From contig CAYPFW010000001.1 of NCBI GenBank assembly GCA_964410585.1, forward strand, positions 384,001 to 448,000: a DNA stretch of 64,000 bases, in the 5' to 3' direction. Position numbers and translations under genes: made by a program. The notes beneath the pieces were generated by a model. That model was not told the origin of the DNA, searched no databases, and saw only the letters and a program-made list of their open reading frames with translations. This DNA is from an uncultured archaeon. Its GTDB lineage: Archaea > Aenigmatarchaeota > Aenigmatarchaeia > QMZP01 > JACQNV01. Of this stretch, positions 49,481-58,872 are shown piece after piece (position 1 is the stretch's first letter; the number at the start of each line of letters is the position of its first letter).

Positions 49481-49753
49481 ATGAAAGCTAATCAAGTAAA
49501 AAAGCTTTGGGAAGAATTTAGGAAAATACCTTTTCCAAAAGAGATCCATTCTTTAAACACAGATTTCGAATTTAACGACAGCTTGGCGGCGGGTTGTATA
49601 TCCTCCTTTGTTGAATACGGAAAATTATCAAAAGAAAATAAGCAAGTTCTCCTAGGATGCAAAAAATACTTTAAGGAGAATATGAACAAACTTCCTCCAG
49701 AAGGAAAAAAGTATTTCGAAAAACTTCTAAAAATAATAGATTGTATTTTATGA
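49481..49753 (+). CDS. Hypothetical protein
   Basis: 90 aa, LWEEF..PFP, AGCISS. Confidence 0.6.
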   Translation: MKANQVKKLWEEFRKIPFPKEIHSLNTDFEFNDSLAAGCISSFVEYGKLSKENKQVLLGCKKYFKENMNKLPPEGKKYFEKLLKIIDCIL

Positions 49754-49995
49754 ATCCCACAGAAAAAAATCTTGAAGCAGAAACTTTAAAGTGGCTTGAA
49801 AAATTGGAGAAAAGAAGGAAGCAAACAAAGGTTTTGGATAAAAAAGCAAAGGACTCTTTGGTTAATGTTGATTCTTACATATCAGACTGCAAACATTTCT
49901 TGGAGAAAAAGGATTATATTCGGGCATTCGAAGCAATGGTTTATGCTTTTGGTATATACGAGACGCTTATAAATTTAGAACTTGTAAGAGAGTGA
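49750..49995 (+). CDS. DUF357-like protein
   Basis: YISDCKHFLEKKDYIRAFEA..YA. Confidence 0.85.
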   Translation: MNPTEKNLEAETLKWLEKLEKRRKQTKVLDKKAKDSLVNVDSYISDCKHFLEKKDYIRAFEAMVYAFGIYETLINLELVRE

Positions 49996-49996
49996 T

Positions 49997-50296
49997 ATGT
50001 TACAACCTATACTTGGTATAATAAGTTTCATTGGTGCTATTGTTATTTTTAGCTCCACATTTGTGGAGGGGAATTTAATTTTAACTGCATCTTTAGCTGC
50101 TTTGATTTTGATTGAAGGAGTATACCACTTGCTGAAAAAGAATGTCATTAAGGGCGGAATAAAATTAGCTTCCACAATAACACTAACTATTTCTATTTTC
50201 TTCAGATTACCTTTCTATTTATCATTTATTGTTGGAATAGCATTGCTTGTAGTTGCTTTGTATGATGTTTTCCCAACAATAATAGGGAAGGAATAA
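49997..50296 (+). CDS. Small multi-TM protein
   Basis: Hydrophobic ORF packed in operon. Confidence 0.65.
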   Translation: MLQPILGIISFIGAIVIFSSTFVEGNLILTASLAALILIEGVYHLLKKNVIKGGIKLASTITLTISIFFRLPFYLSFIVGIALLVVALYDVFPTIIGKE

Positions 50297-50297
50297 A

Positions 50298-50615
50298 ATG
50301 AGCCTACTAATGTTTGTTTTGGGATGGATAGATGTAATAGGTAGTTTACTTATTTTCTTGAGCCTGATTGGAATAGGTTATGGATTTTATTTTCTATGGA
50401 TTATAGCACTTATCCACTTAATCAAAGGTCTATACAGTCTTGCATGGGGAGGATATTTTGCTGCTTTCATTGATATTGTTGCTGGGGTTATCTTATTTTT
50501 GTCTTACATTTCTATACCCATGTATTATGTCCTCGGAGCAATTGTTGGTATCTTGCTTTTGATAAAGGGCGTGCAATCAATTATTCCATTTCTAAGCGAG
50601 CTGATTAATGCATAA
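50298..50615 (+). CDS. Small multi-TM protein
   Basis: Internal duplication D....LIKGL/V.S. Confidence 0.7.
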   Translation: MSLLMFVLGWIDVIGSLLIFLSLIGIGYGFYFLWIIALIHLIKGLYSLAWGGYFAAFIDIVAGVILFLSYISIPMYYVLGAIVGILLLIKGVQSIIPFLSELINA

Positions 50616-50636
50616 ATTCATAGATTTTGTTAATGA

Positions 50637-50677
50637 CTTTTTGTATATACACTTCTCTTTTTAGAAGAAAGGGCTGA
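50637..50677 (-). repeat. Family E-related repeat, similar to the tRNA-Leu intron copy
   Basis: Reverse complement TCAGCCCTTTCTTCTAAAAAGAGAAGTGTATATACAAAAAG. Confidence 0.65.
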
Positions 50678-50709
50678 TAAGCTTATAAAGTTTAGATTCA
50701 ACAAAAAAT

Positions 50710-51021
50710 ATGCCGGAAGAAATAAGGAGATTCCCAGCAAAACATAAACAGATATCAAAAATTGCTGAAAGTGACGTCAGAGTTAGCGTGTTAGGAACAA
50801 TTATAGATAAGCAAAATGATTTTATAATGATTGATGACGGGACTGGAAGAATAAAAATTTCTTTCCAGGATGTCAAATTTGATTTGAATCAATTAGTTAG
50901 GGTGTTTGGAAGAGTGATCCCAACACCAAGTGGATCTGAGCTTCAAGGCGAAGTCATACAAGACATGTCAAAGCTCGATTTAAGTTTGTTCAAAAAAATT
51001 CAACAGTTAGAGGGTGAGTAA
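50710..51021 (+). CDS. Small OB-fold protein (RPA small subunit-like)
   Basis: RVSVLGTI, IDDGTG, VRVFGRV. Confidence 0.8.
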   Translation: MPEEIRRFPAKHKQISKIAESDVRVSVLGTIIDKQNDFIMIDDGTGRIKISFQDVKFDLNQLVRVFGRVIPTPSGSELQGEVIQDMSKLDLSLFKKIQQLEGE

Positions 51022-51042
51022 ACCTTTATAGAGGCAACTAAT

Positions 51043-51792
51043 ATGTTTTCACTAACCTTAGAAAATCCAGATGTTTTGAAAAACACAATGTCAATTGTTT
51101 CTGAGATGATAGACGAGGGTGTTTTGAAAATTGACTCAAATGGATTGAGCTTGCTTTCGCCTGATAGGAATGTAATTGTTGTTGTTGATTTTAAATTGCT
51201 TTCGACAGCTTTTTCAGACTTCCAATTGACACAACCAACAACAGTTGGGGTTAATTTTTCAAACCTTGTGAGCATTTTGAAAAGGACAAAATCAAATGAA
51301 AAAGTCACACTAAGATTGAAAGATAACAAGCTTGAAGTCATTGTCGAGGGTGGCGGAAAAAGAAAGTTTGATTTGCCTACTTTGGATTTGAAATCTGAAA
51401 ACCCTCCAATAGACCAGCTTGCTTTTACAGGAAGAGTTGATTTGGAATCAGGTGTCTTTGAGCAGGGTGTTGAAGATGCAGATGTTGTTTCTGATTCAAT
51501 GGTTTTTGAGCTGAACCAAGAAGTATTCAGACTTAGAGCTAAAGGCGATATATCTTCTGCTGAATTAGAACTAAAAAAAGGCGAGAACGGCATGCTAAAC
51601 TTAGAGGCCTCAGAAGCTATGAGGGCAAGGTATCCAATTGATTATTTGAAAAAGATTTCTAAAGCATGCAAATTGGCAAAACAAGTTTCTTTGGAATTTG
51701 GAAACAACTATCCTATTCGAATTTCATTCACACAAATGGACAAAGTGAATTTGAATTTTATTCTGGCACCTAGAATTGCAGACGAGGAATAG
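51043..51792 (+). CDS. pcn: DNA sliding clamp PCNA
   Basis: GVNF..L..ILKR, YPIDYL, FGNNYP, FILAPRI. Confidence 0.95.
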   Translation: MFSLTLENPDVLKNTMSIVSEMIDEGVLKIDSNGLSLLSPDRNVIVVVDFKLLSTAFSDFQLTQPTTVGVNFSNLVSILKRTKSNEKVTLRLKDNKLEVIVEGGGKRKFDLPTLDLKSENPPIDQLAFTGRVDLESGVFEQGVEDADVVSDSMVFELNQEVFRLRAKGDISSAELELKKGENGMLNLEASEAMRARYPIDYLKKISKACKLAKQVSLEFGNNYPIRISFTQMDKVNLNFILAPRIADEE

Positions 51793-51824
51793 AACTAATT
51801 TTAACCTACTAAACAATTATATCG

Positions 51825-52646
51825 ATGAACAAACTTCTTTTTGGAACAGCTGGGATTCCCTTGTCAACAGAACCAAGGAATACAATTGAAGGAATTAAAC
51901 AAGTGAAAAAACTTGGTCTTAGTGCAATGGAATTGGAGTTTGTCCAGTCTGTGAACATTACTGAAGAAAAGGCTCCTGAGGTTAGAAAAACAGCACAGCA
52001 AAATGATATTGTCCTCACAGCTCACGGACAGTATTATATCAATTTGAATTCTCAAGAAAGAGAAAAAATAGAAGCAAGCAAACAAAGGGTTTTGAAAGCT
52101 GCGCGGATTTTGGATGCTTGTGGTGGTTGGTCTCTGTGCTTCCATGCTGCATACTACATGGGAGATGAAATAGGTGCATATTACAATGTTAAACAATCAC
52201 TGAAAGAAATTGTAAAAACTCTCAAAAACGAGGGGAACAGGGTTTGGATAAGACCAGAAACAGGCGGACGGCTTAGCCAATTTGGCTCTTTGGATGAGCT
52301 GATAAAAGTTTCACAGGAAGTTGAGCAAGTGCTTCCTTGCATTGATTGGGCACACCACTATTCAAGGTCTTTGGGCGAAATAAATACATATGAAGGCTAT
52401 TCGAAAATTTTGGAGGAGATAGAAAAAGGTTTAGGAAAAGATGCTTTGCAAAACATGCACTGTCATTCCGAAGGAATTGAATTTACAGATAAGGGTGAGA
52501 AAAACCACTTAGCATTTGCTGATTCTAAAATCAACTACAAAGATTTGGTAAAAGTTTGGAAAGATTTCAAAATAAAAGGCGTTATTATTTGCGAAAGTCC
52601 TATAATTGAAAAAGATGCATTGTTGTTAAAAAAAGAGTATGGCTAG
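51825..52646 (+). CDS. Endonuclease IV-like TIM barrel protein
   Basis: MELEFV, HGQYYINL, RPETGG..QFG, CIDWAH, GEKNH, ICESP. Confidence 0.88.
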   Translation: MNKLLFGTAGIPLSTEPRNTIEGIKQVKKLGLSAMELEFVQSVNITEEKAPEVRKTAQQNDIVLTAHGQYYINLNSQEREKIEASKQRVLKAARILDACGGWSLCFHAAYYMGDEIGAYYNVKQSLKEIVKTLKNEGNRVWIRPETGGRLSQFGSLDELIKVSQEVEQVLPCIDWAHHYSRSLGEINTYEGYSKILEEIEKGLGKDALQNMHCHSEGIEFTDKGEKNHLAFADSKINYKDLVKVWKDFKIKGVIICESPIIEKDALLLKKEYG

Positions 52647-52702
52647 CTTTTTCTTTCAGAAAGCAAAAGGCTACCGTACCCAAAAAGAAACGGTATACAA
52701 AT
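52642..52702 (+). repeat. Family E repeat
   Basis: GCTAGCTTTT..AAAAGGCTACCGTACCCAAAAAGAAACGGTATACAAAT; contains the upstream TAG stop. Confidence 0.85.
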
Positions 52703-53311
52703 ATGACAAATTTAAAGGAAATAGAACATGAGTGGGAAGTTGAATACAAAAATGCAGACATAGAAAACATACCTCTAGTTTTCTTGAAACCGCCTAGCCA
52801 TTTGGTGAAGTTGGTTGAACAAAACAAAATTAAAAAAGGAAAGGTCTTAGATGTTGGCTGCGGTCTAGGGGTTTCTGATTTTTATCTGGCTGCGAAGGGA
52901 TTTGATGTTGTTGGGTTGGATATTTCTAAAACAGCCGTTGAGTATGCGAAGAAAAAAGCAGCGCAGATGAAGGTGAAATGTGAATTTATTCAGGGTGCTG
53001 CACAAGACCTGAAGTTCGCAGACAAAACATTTACTTTTGTTTATGATAGAGGCTGCCTACATCACATAGAGCCAGAAGATAGGGAAAAATACATAGAAGG
53101 GATACATAGGGTTTTGGAGGATAAAGGAAAATATTATTTGGAGTGCTACAATGAAAAAAATCAACAAGAAGTTTTTGCGTCTAAATTTTCCAAACAAGAC
53201 CTGGAAAAATATTTTTCTAAATTCAACATTGAATACATAGAAGAAGTAGAAAATATTGGAGTAGATGGAGAAAAGGTGTTCCTGTATGCTGTTTTTATGG
53301 AGAAGATATGA
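52703..53311 (+). CDS. Class I SAM-dependent methyltransferase
   Basis: VLDVGCGLG, GLDIS, YDRGCLHH. Confidence 0.92.
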   Translation: MTNLKEIEHEWEVEYKNADIENIPLVFLKPPSHLVKLVEQNKIKKGKVLDVGCGLGVSDFYLAAKGFDVVGLDISKTAVEYAKKKAAQMKVKCEFIQGAAQDLKFADKTFTFVYDRGCLHHIEPEDREKYIEGIHRVLEDKGKYYLECYNEKNQQEVFASKFSKQDLEKYFSKFNIEYIEEVENIGVDGEKVFLYAVFMEKI

Positions 53312-53457
53312 AATTTACTGTTCAAAAAATATATGATAAAGGGTCGAGAAAAATAAATGAAGATGAGATGTTGATTAAGGATAATTTATTTGCTGTTTTT
53401 GACGGTGCAACTAGCCTTGTTCCCTATACAAATTTAAAATATAAAACTTACAACTAA
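53308..53457 (+). pseudogene. Truncated PP2C-family phosphatase remnant
   Basis: MKFTVQKIYDKGSRKINEDEMLIKDNLFAVFDGATS then stop at 49 aa. Confidence 0.6.
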
Positions 53458-53466
53458 CTTGTTTTA

Positions 53467-54072
53467 ATGGCAAGCTCTACAGAAAAATGTGAACCTAGAA
53501 AATATAATTTTCATGAAACGAGGAGACTTTTAGATATTCCAAGTAAAGATGTTTATTGCTTTGCTATAGACAATGACATTAGAAGATATCCACATGGGTG
53601 CTTTGATGCGGATGACGTTGACAAAGTTGTTGCTAAGAGAAAGGCAATTCAAAACTCTTCTCTCGGACCACGATTATCACAGTCTATAATCGAAGCTGTA
53701 AAATCCCATTTTCAGGAGCCTCTATTAGAGCGACAAAGCAGAACATATGTCCTCGATCTAAATTCCTTTCGATACATACTATCAAGAGAAGGGAATAAGT
53801 TAAACTATAATGGATCCAATTTTCCAGAAGAATACTTATCAAAAGAAGATGTAGAGATTGGATTTGGATATCCTTATCAGGATGTTATGGGAATTTTAAT
53901 GGAAGAGGGTTTGGAAGTTACGGAACAGGGAGTAAACAAAAGGCATATGAAAGAATTTATAGATAAAAGAATACAACAATTAAACCCAGATGTTGCCGAA
54001 AGGCTTAGAATCAGTTTAAAATATAAGGAAGGTAAACTTCCCGGACTAATAATCGACAGACAAGAGTTCTAA
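53467..54072 (+). CDS. Hypothetical protein
   Basis: 201-aa orphan ORF. Confidence 0.6.
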   Translation: MASSTEKCEPRKYNFHETRRLLDIPSKDVYCFAIDNDIRRYPHGCFDADDVDKVVAKRKAIQNSSLGPRLSQSIIEAVKSHFQEPLLERQSRTYVLDLNSFRYILSREGNKLNYNGSNFPEEYLSKEDVEIGFGYPYQDVMGILMEEGLEVTEQGVNKRHMKEFIDKRIQQLNPDVAERLRISLKYKEGKLPGLIIDRQEF

Positions 54073-55283
54073 GCAAACAACAACTTCAAATAAAACAGAG
54101 GGTTTGCAAGCTTTTTTCTTTGTTCTTTGTTGTCCAACATGCTTGCCAAAGTTTGTTGGATCTGTTTGCTCTTTGCTGCTTTTGAGATGACTAAGTTTGT
54201 CAAGAATTTTCTTTTTCCCATTTTCTGCAGTTTGTAGGATGTTGCTAATTTAGGTCCTAAAACAGACCAGACTTCATCTTCATATCCCTTGAAAAATGAT
54301 TCTGAAAAATTGTTTTCTTTTATTGCTTTGTCAACCCACTCAGATGCTATTTGGCCAGATGTCATTGCATTTGCTATGCCTTCACCTGTAAATGGATCTA
54401 TTAAACCAGCAGCATCGCCAATTAGAACAAAACCATTTCCATGGGCCTTCCTTCTTTTGGATCCAACAGGAAGTGTCCAGCCTTTTATTGAGCCCTCTTC
54501 TAAAACAGAGCCAGCAAACCTTTCTTTGAAAAGCGGGTTTTTCTCAATTATTTCAAACATTTTGTCTTTCATGTTGAAGCCTGCTTTATTGTAATCTGTG
54601 TTGACCATCCCAATTCCAACGTTTGCATATCCTGGTTCTAGTGGGAAGATCCAAAAATATCCTGGGATTATCTCATTCACAAAATGAAGCTCGATTGCTG
54701 GTTTGACGTCCTTGACGCCTTTGTAATAGCATCTTATTGATGTGATTGTGTGATCTGAATCTAAATCTAAAAGATTTGTTTTTTTGGCAACAATTGAATG
54801 TGCACCATCTGCACCGACAACAACTTTGGCTTTAAGCTCTTTTTCTTCTCCTGTTTTTGTGTCTTTTCCTTTCACACCAACGACCCTAGAACCATCGAAA
54901 ACCAAATCATGAACGCTGAAGTTTTCCAATATGTGGGCGCCTTCTGATTTTGCTTTTTCAAAAACTAGGTTGTCGTAAACAAACCTTCTACACACATAAC
55001 CTGTGCCTGAAAATGGGATTTCTAATGGAATTCCTTTTGGTGATGAGAAAATAACTGAGTGAACTTCAGAATGAGGACCCTTTACAACTTTTTCTGTTAA
55101 TTTTAGCTGTTCTTGTACCTTTAGAGAACCTGAGATAGCATCGCCGCACGTCTTGTCCCTTGGGAATTTTTGCTTGTCGATTAGCAGGGTCTTGTAGCCT
55201 TTTCTAGCTAAATAAGCTGCACAAACAGAGCCTCCTGGGCCTGCGCCAACAACTATTACATCATATTCATGCGATTCTTTCAT
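54069..55283 (-). CDS. Geranylgeranyl reductase family flavoprotein
   Basis: [42 protein letters not shown]. Confidence 0.92.
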   Translation of the reverse strand: MKESHEYDVIVVGAGPGGSVCAAYLARKGYKTLLIDKQKFPRDKTCGDAISGSLKVQEQLKLTEKVVKGPHSEVHSVIFSSPKGIPLEIPFSGTGYVCRRFVYDNLVFEKAKSEGAHILENFSVHDLVFDGSRVVGVKGKDTKTGEEKELKAKVVVGADGAHSIVAKKTNLLDLDSDHTITSIRCYYKGVKDVKPAIELHFVNEIIPGYFWIFPLEPGYANVGIGMVNTDYNKAGFNMKDKMFEIIEKNPLFKERFAGSVLEEGSIKGWTLPVGSKRRKAHGNGFVLIGDAAGLIDPFTGEGIANAMTSGQIASEWVDKAIKENNFSESFFKGYEDEVWSVLGPKLATSYKLQKMGKRKFLTNLVISKAAKSKQIQQTLASMLDNKEQRKKLANPLFYLKLLFA

Positions 55284-55418
55284 AGTGCCTCGTAGATAAT
55301 TTGGATAATTTAGATTTGTAGTATTTATAGCTTTTTGCTTTCCATAACAGCCATATGGAAAGGGAAAAAGTTTTTATTTCTTGGCATACATAGTAATTTT
55401 AGCTCTATATGGTAAACT

Positions 55419-57077
55419 ATGGCACGGTTTGTATTGCTTTCAGACACAACACTCTTAAGAGAATATCATAAGTTCCCTTTGTTAGATTTCTTGCCATGCT
55501 CGCCAACAACACTTGTTCCCAAGTTTGTGTATAATTATTTGAAAAGCAAACCGCCACAATCTTCTCCAGATGGCAGGGCTGTGTTGTCGCCTTATGCTGT
55601 TAGAAAAATAGAGGCTGCGCTTTTGCAAAGGTTCACAAAAGAACAGGTTGTTGTGCCAGCAGAAGATAGGATTGAAAGTTTCATAGACGCTGACACTGAA
55701 ATTATTTCTATCTACACAATGGATCCTCTTGGACTTGGACCTTTGACAATGTCGTATGCTGTTTTGTTTGGGAGTTTGTCGCCTTATGTGAAATATGAGT
55801 TTGAGATGTTGATGCAAAGAGTGAACAAAGCAAGGACTGGAAAGAAAGCAAAGGTTATTGTTGGTGGACCTGGTGTATGGGAATTTAGTTTAAGGCCCGA
55901 TGAGGCTGAAAGATTGGGAATAGATTATTTGTTCATGGGCGAGGCAGATGATGTTGTCTGCGACCTTTTTGAGGATATAGCAACAGGAAGCATGAGCACA
56001 GACACTTTTTTCAAAGGGTTTTATACATACGATGATTATTTTGCCAAAACATATGTTAAGCATTCAAAATTCATAACAAGGTCGCAATACTCAAAAAGAT
56101 TGTATCCAAAACTCGAAGATATACCTTTGATCCAAGGGCCGACTATAAAAAGTTTGACAGAAGTTATGAGGGGGTGTGGAGTTGGGTGCGATTTTTGCGA
56201 GGTTACTTTGAGGCCTTCTAGATATTATTCTTATGAAAGCATAGAACACGAGATAAAAATAAACCAACAGGCAGGGCACACACATGCATGGCTGCACAGC
56301 GATGAGATTTTTATTTATCAGAGCAAGGGGAGGCTAGAACCAAATCAAGAAGCTATAATTGAATTGTTTAAAAGAGTGATGAGTATACCAGGAATAAAAA
56401 CATGCAGCCCGACACATGGAAGGATTTCTATACCAGCTGGATATCCTGAAATGATGGAAGAGCTTTCTAAGTTCTCAAAAGCAGGACCAGATAATTGGGT
56501 CGGCATGCAAGTTGGGATTGAGACAGGAAGCGAGGAGCTTGCCAAAAAACATATGCCTGCTAAGACTCTTCCTTTGAGGATTGGTGTAGATGGATCTTGG
56601 CATGAAATTATTTTGAATGGAACGAAAACTTTGACAAAAAATTATTGGAGACCTGCATTCACTGTGCAAGTTGGACAAACAGATGAAACAGATGAAGATA
56701 ATTGGGAAACTGTTAGGTTGGTGAACACTTTGAGCAATTCATATTCAGATGGTAGGCCTTTAGAATTCACAATAACACCAATGCAGAACGTGCCGCTTGG
56801 AAGAATAAGAAGCAAGGATTTCAATCCAGGCGAAATAGATCTCACAGCTTCCCAGCTTGCCGTTTACTATGCTTGCTACAGACACTTGGTTAAAATAGCT
56901 ACGCGGTCAACTGGTTCTACGTATAAAAGAGGATTGGCAAATAAATTGGCTTTTTCAACTATTCTTCCAATGGGATCGAAGTTTTTGATGGGAAACATAG
57001 AAAAGATTTGCAGGAAGAAGGGGCTTGATATTGAAAAGGTTAAAAAATATGGGTTGCCGATGAAAATTGGGCACTAA
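55419..57077 (+). CDS. B12-binding-like radical SAM enzyme, GDGT ring synthase (Grs)-like
   Basis: MDPLG, VGGPGVWE, GEAD, RGCGVGCDFC, WLHSDE, GIETGS; Grs-family resemblance from recollection only. Confidence 0.7.
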   Translation: MARFVLLSDTTLLREYHKFPLLDFLPCSPTTLVPKFVYNYLKSKPPQSSPDGRAVLSPYAVRKIEAALLQRFTKEQVVVPAEDRIESFIDADTEIISIYTMDPLGLGPLTMSYAVLFGSLSPYVKYEFEMLMQRVNKARTGKKAKVIVGGPGVWEFSLRPDEAERLGIDYLFMGEADDVVCDLFEDIATGSMSTDTFFKGFYTYDDYFAKTYVKHSKFITRSQYSKRLYPKLEDIPLIQGPTIKSLTEVMRGCGVGCDFCEVTLRPSRYYSYESIEHEIKINQQAGHTHAWLHSDEIFIYQSKGRLEPNQEAIIELFKRVMSIPGIKTCSPTHGRISIPAGYPEMMEELSKFSKAGPDNWVGMQVGIETGSEELAKKHMPAKTLPLRIGVDGSWHEIILNGTKTLTKNYWRPAFTVQVGQTDETDEDNWETVRLVNTLSNSYSDGRPLEFTITPMQNVPLGRIRSKDFNPGEIDLTASQLAVYYACYRHLVKIATRSTGSTYKRGLANKLAFSTILPMGSKFLMGNIEKICRKKGLDIEKVKKYGLPMKIGH

Positions 57078-57604
57078 GACGTTAGAGCGGCCATTACAGA
57101 GAAATGTTCTTGTTCTGGGGTAAGAAGATCACTGTGCAAGATACTATGATAAATGTCTGGATGCCTATAATCTGTTTTTGGTCCCCAAATTTTTCTTCCA
57201 AACCCAAGCTCGTCTTCTTCTCTTTGTTTTAGAATTTGCCGGATTTCATCATCTGATTTTCCTAAATATGCTTTTCGAGCTCGCTGAATCCTGATTTCCA
57301 AATCAGCTTCTACATAAACTCTATAGGTTTGAGGCCCCAAAAAATGTGCGAATCGTGTATCTACAATTATGCCTCCCCTAGAAGCTCTTTCTCCAAGCTG
57401 TTGATTTAGTTGTCTCAAGCGATCTACATCCTGAAGTCTGTACCAATCTTCAAACAATAGACGTGCTCCTTCTTCAGCATGAATCTGCCTCAAAAATCCA
57501 CCAAATGAATAGGATTCCCATCCAAGTGCCTTTGTTAGAGAATTGTTTAGAATTGTTTTTCCAGATTTTGGTGGACCTGAAATTGAAACAGACGTGTATA
57601 CCAT
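57074..57604 (-). CDS. Cytidylate kinase-like P-loop kinase
   Basis: ISGPPKSGKT, SFGGFLR, IVDTR, A.LEIR..R. Confidence 0.75.
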   Translation of the reverse strand: MVYTSVSISGPPKSGKTILNNSLTKALGWESYSFGGFLRQIHAEEGARLLFEDWYRLQDVDRLRQLNQQLGERASRGGIIVDTRFAHFLGPQTYRVYVEADLEIRIQRARKAYLGKSDDEIRQILKQREEDELGFGRKIWGPKTDYRHPDIYHSILHSDLLTPEQEHFSVMAALTS

Positions 57605-57692
57605 CAGATGATATTGAAGCCAAGTTTTAAATTCTGATGTTTTTGTCGAAGGTATATTAAGGTCTGAGACCATAGTATAATTAGGGTTATGA

Positions 57693-57775
57693 GTGGAAGG
57701 CGTTTAAAAATTTCTGAGTCGCAACGAAGAAATTTTAGCCTCCTGTTTTGATTAACCTTTTGGGACAAAAGGTTA
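57693..57775 (+). repeat. Family A repeat
   Basis: GTGGAAGGCGT...TAGCCTCC..TAACCTTTT..AAAAGGTTA(TG). Confidence 0.88.
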
Positions 57776-58182
57776 TGCGAGCAAAAATATTCACACTTGA
57801 AGAAGCAAACAACACAATACCAGAGCTTTCTAAGGTTTTTGATAAAATTTCTTATGTTAGAACAAAGATCCAATTGATAAAAGAAGCTTTGGATTTTGCA
57901 GGACAAACAAAAGAATACCATGAGAACCCTGACAAAATGATAGAAAGGATGGGCACTTTTACAGAAGAATTAAAAAACCTTGTTGCAGAAGTGCATAGCT
58001 ATGGTTGCTTGGTTAAGGACCTGGATAAATTTTTAGTTGATTTTTATTCTGTAAAAGAAAACAAGCTGATTTTCCTTTGTTGGAAATATGGAGAAAAGGA
58101 AATCAAATTCTGGCATGAAACACAAACAGGATTCAAAGGAAGGTTACCTTTGCTGGTAAAAGAAGAAGTTCAGAAGAATTAA
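57775..58182 (+). CDS. DUF2203 family protein
   Basis: FTLEEAN..IP, VKD...LVDF, LCWKYGE..I.FWH...GF.GR.P. Confidence 0.88.
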   Translation: MRAKIFTLEEANNTIPELSKVFDKISYVRTKIQLIKEALDFAGQTKEYHENPDKMIERMGTFTEELKNLVAEVHSYGCLVKDLDKFLVDFYSVKENKLIFLCWKYGEKEIKFWHETQTGFKGRLPLLVKEEVQKN

Positions 58183-58196
58183 TTATTGTAAGCTAA

Positions 58197-58808
58197 TCAA
58201 CTAAAACTCTTCCCACAACCACATCCTCCATGTGAGTTTGGGTTGCTGATTTTAAAACCAGAACCTTTCAAAGACTCCACATAATCAATGTTTGTGCCGC
58301 CGACCTTTTCCATGCTTTGGGGGGAGACTGCGATTTTGACTTTGTGTTGTTCAAAAACTATGTCGTTTTTTTCTATTGTGTCTATGAATTCTAATTGGTA
58401 TGTGAAGCCAGAACAGCCGCCTGGAAGCACACCGAACCGAAGGTAGGCATTTGATTTACCAGATGTTTTCATCAGCTCCAAAACTTTTTTAGCTGCAAAC
58501 TCTGTGAGTTGGATTTCTTTCGAAGTTGCCCGCGATAACATCGCGGCTTCCGTTGAATGACTTTCGTGGTCTTCTACATCTTCTTTTTTGTTGGCTAGGA
58601 ATTCGTTTGCTTCTTTTAGCATTGATTCTATTTCTTCGTCTGACATTCCATGGCCGCGAGCGCCGACACCAACTGCTTCCATTGTATTGACACTGCAACC
58701 GATACAAGAAAGCCCATATTTGCCGAAAATTTCAGCTACTTCTGGCCATTTTGTGATTACATCACCGACTGTCATGTCTTCTGTTATCAAAGCTTGATGT
58801 TTTTGCAT
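58197..58808 (-). CDS. DUF1858 domain fused to A-type Fe-S carrier (IscA/ErpA/HesB)
   Basis: GLSCIGC..EAV..GA..HG; GGCSG, NPN..GCGCGKSF. Confidence 0.9.
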   Translation of the reverse strand: MQKHQALITEDMTVGDVITKWPEVAEIFGKYGLSCIGCSVNTMEAVGVGARGHGMSDEEIESMLKEANEFLANKKEDVEDHESHSTEAAMLSRATSKEIQLTEFAAKKVLELMKTSGKSNAYLRFGVLPGGCSGFTYQLEFIDTIEKNDIVFEQHKVKIAVSPQSMEKVGGTNIDYVESLKGSGFKISNPNSHGGCGCGKSFS

Positions 58809-58872
58809 ACCTTAGTCTTTCATCTATAATTTATAAAACTAATACAGGGTCAAAAGACCCAAATAAGTAGAT

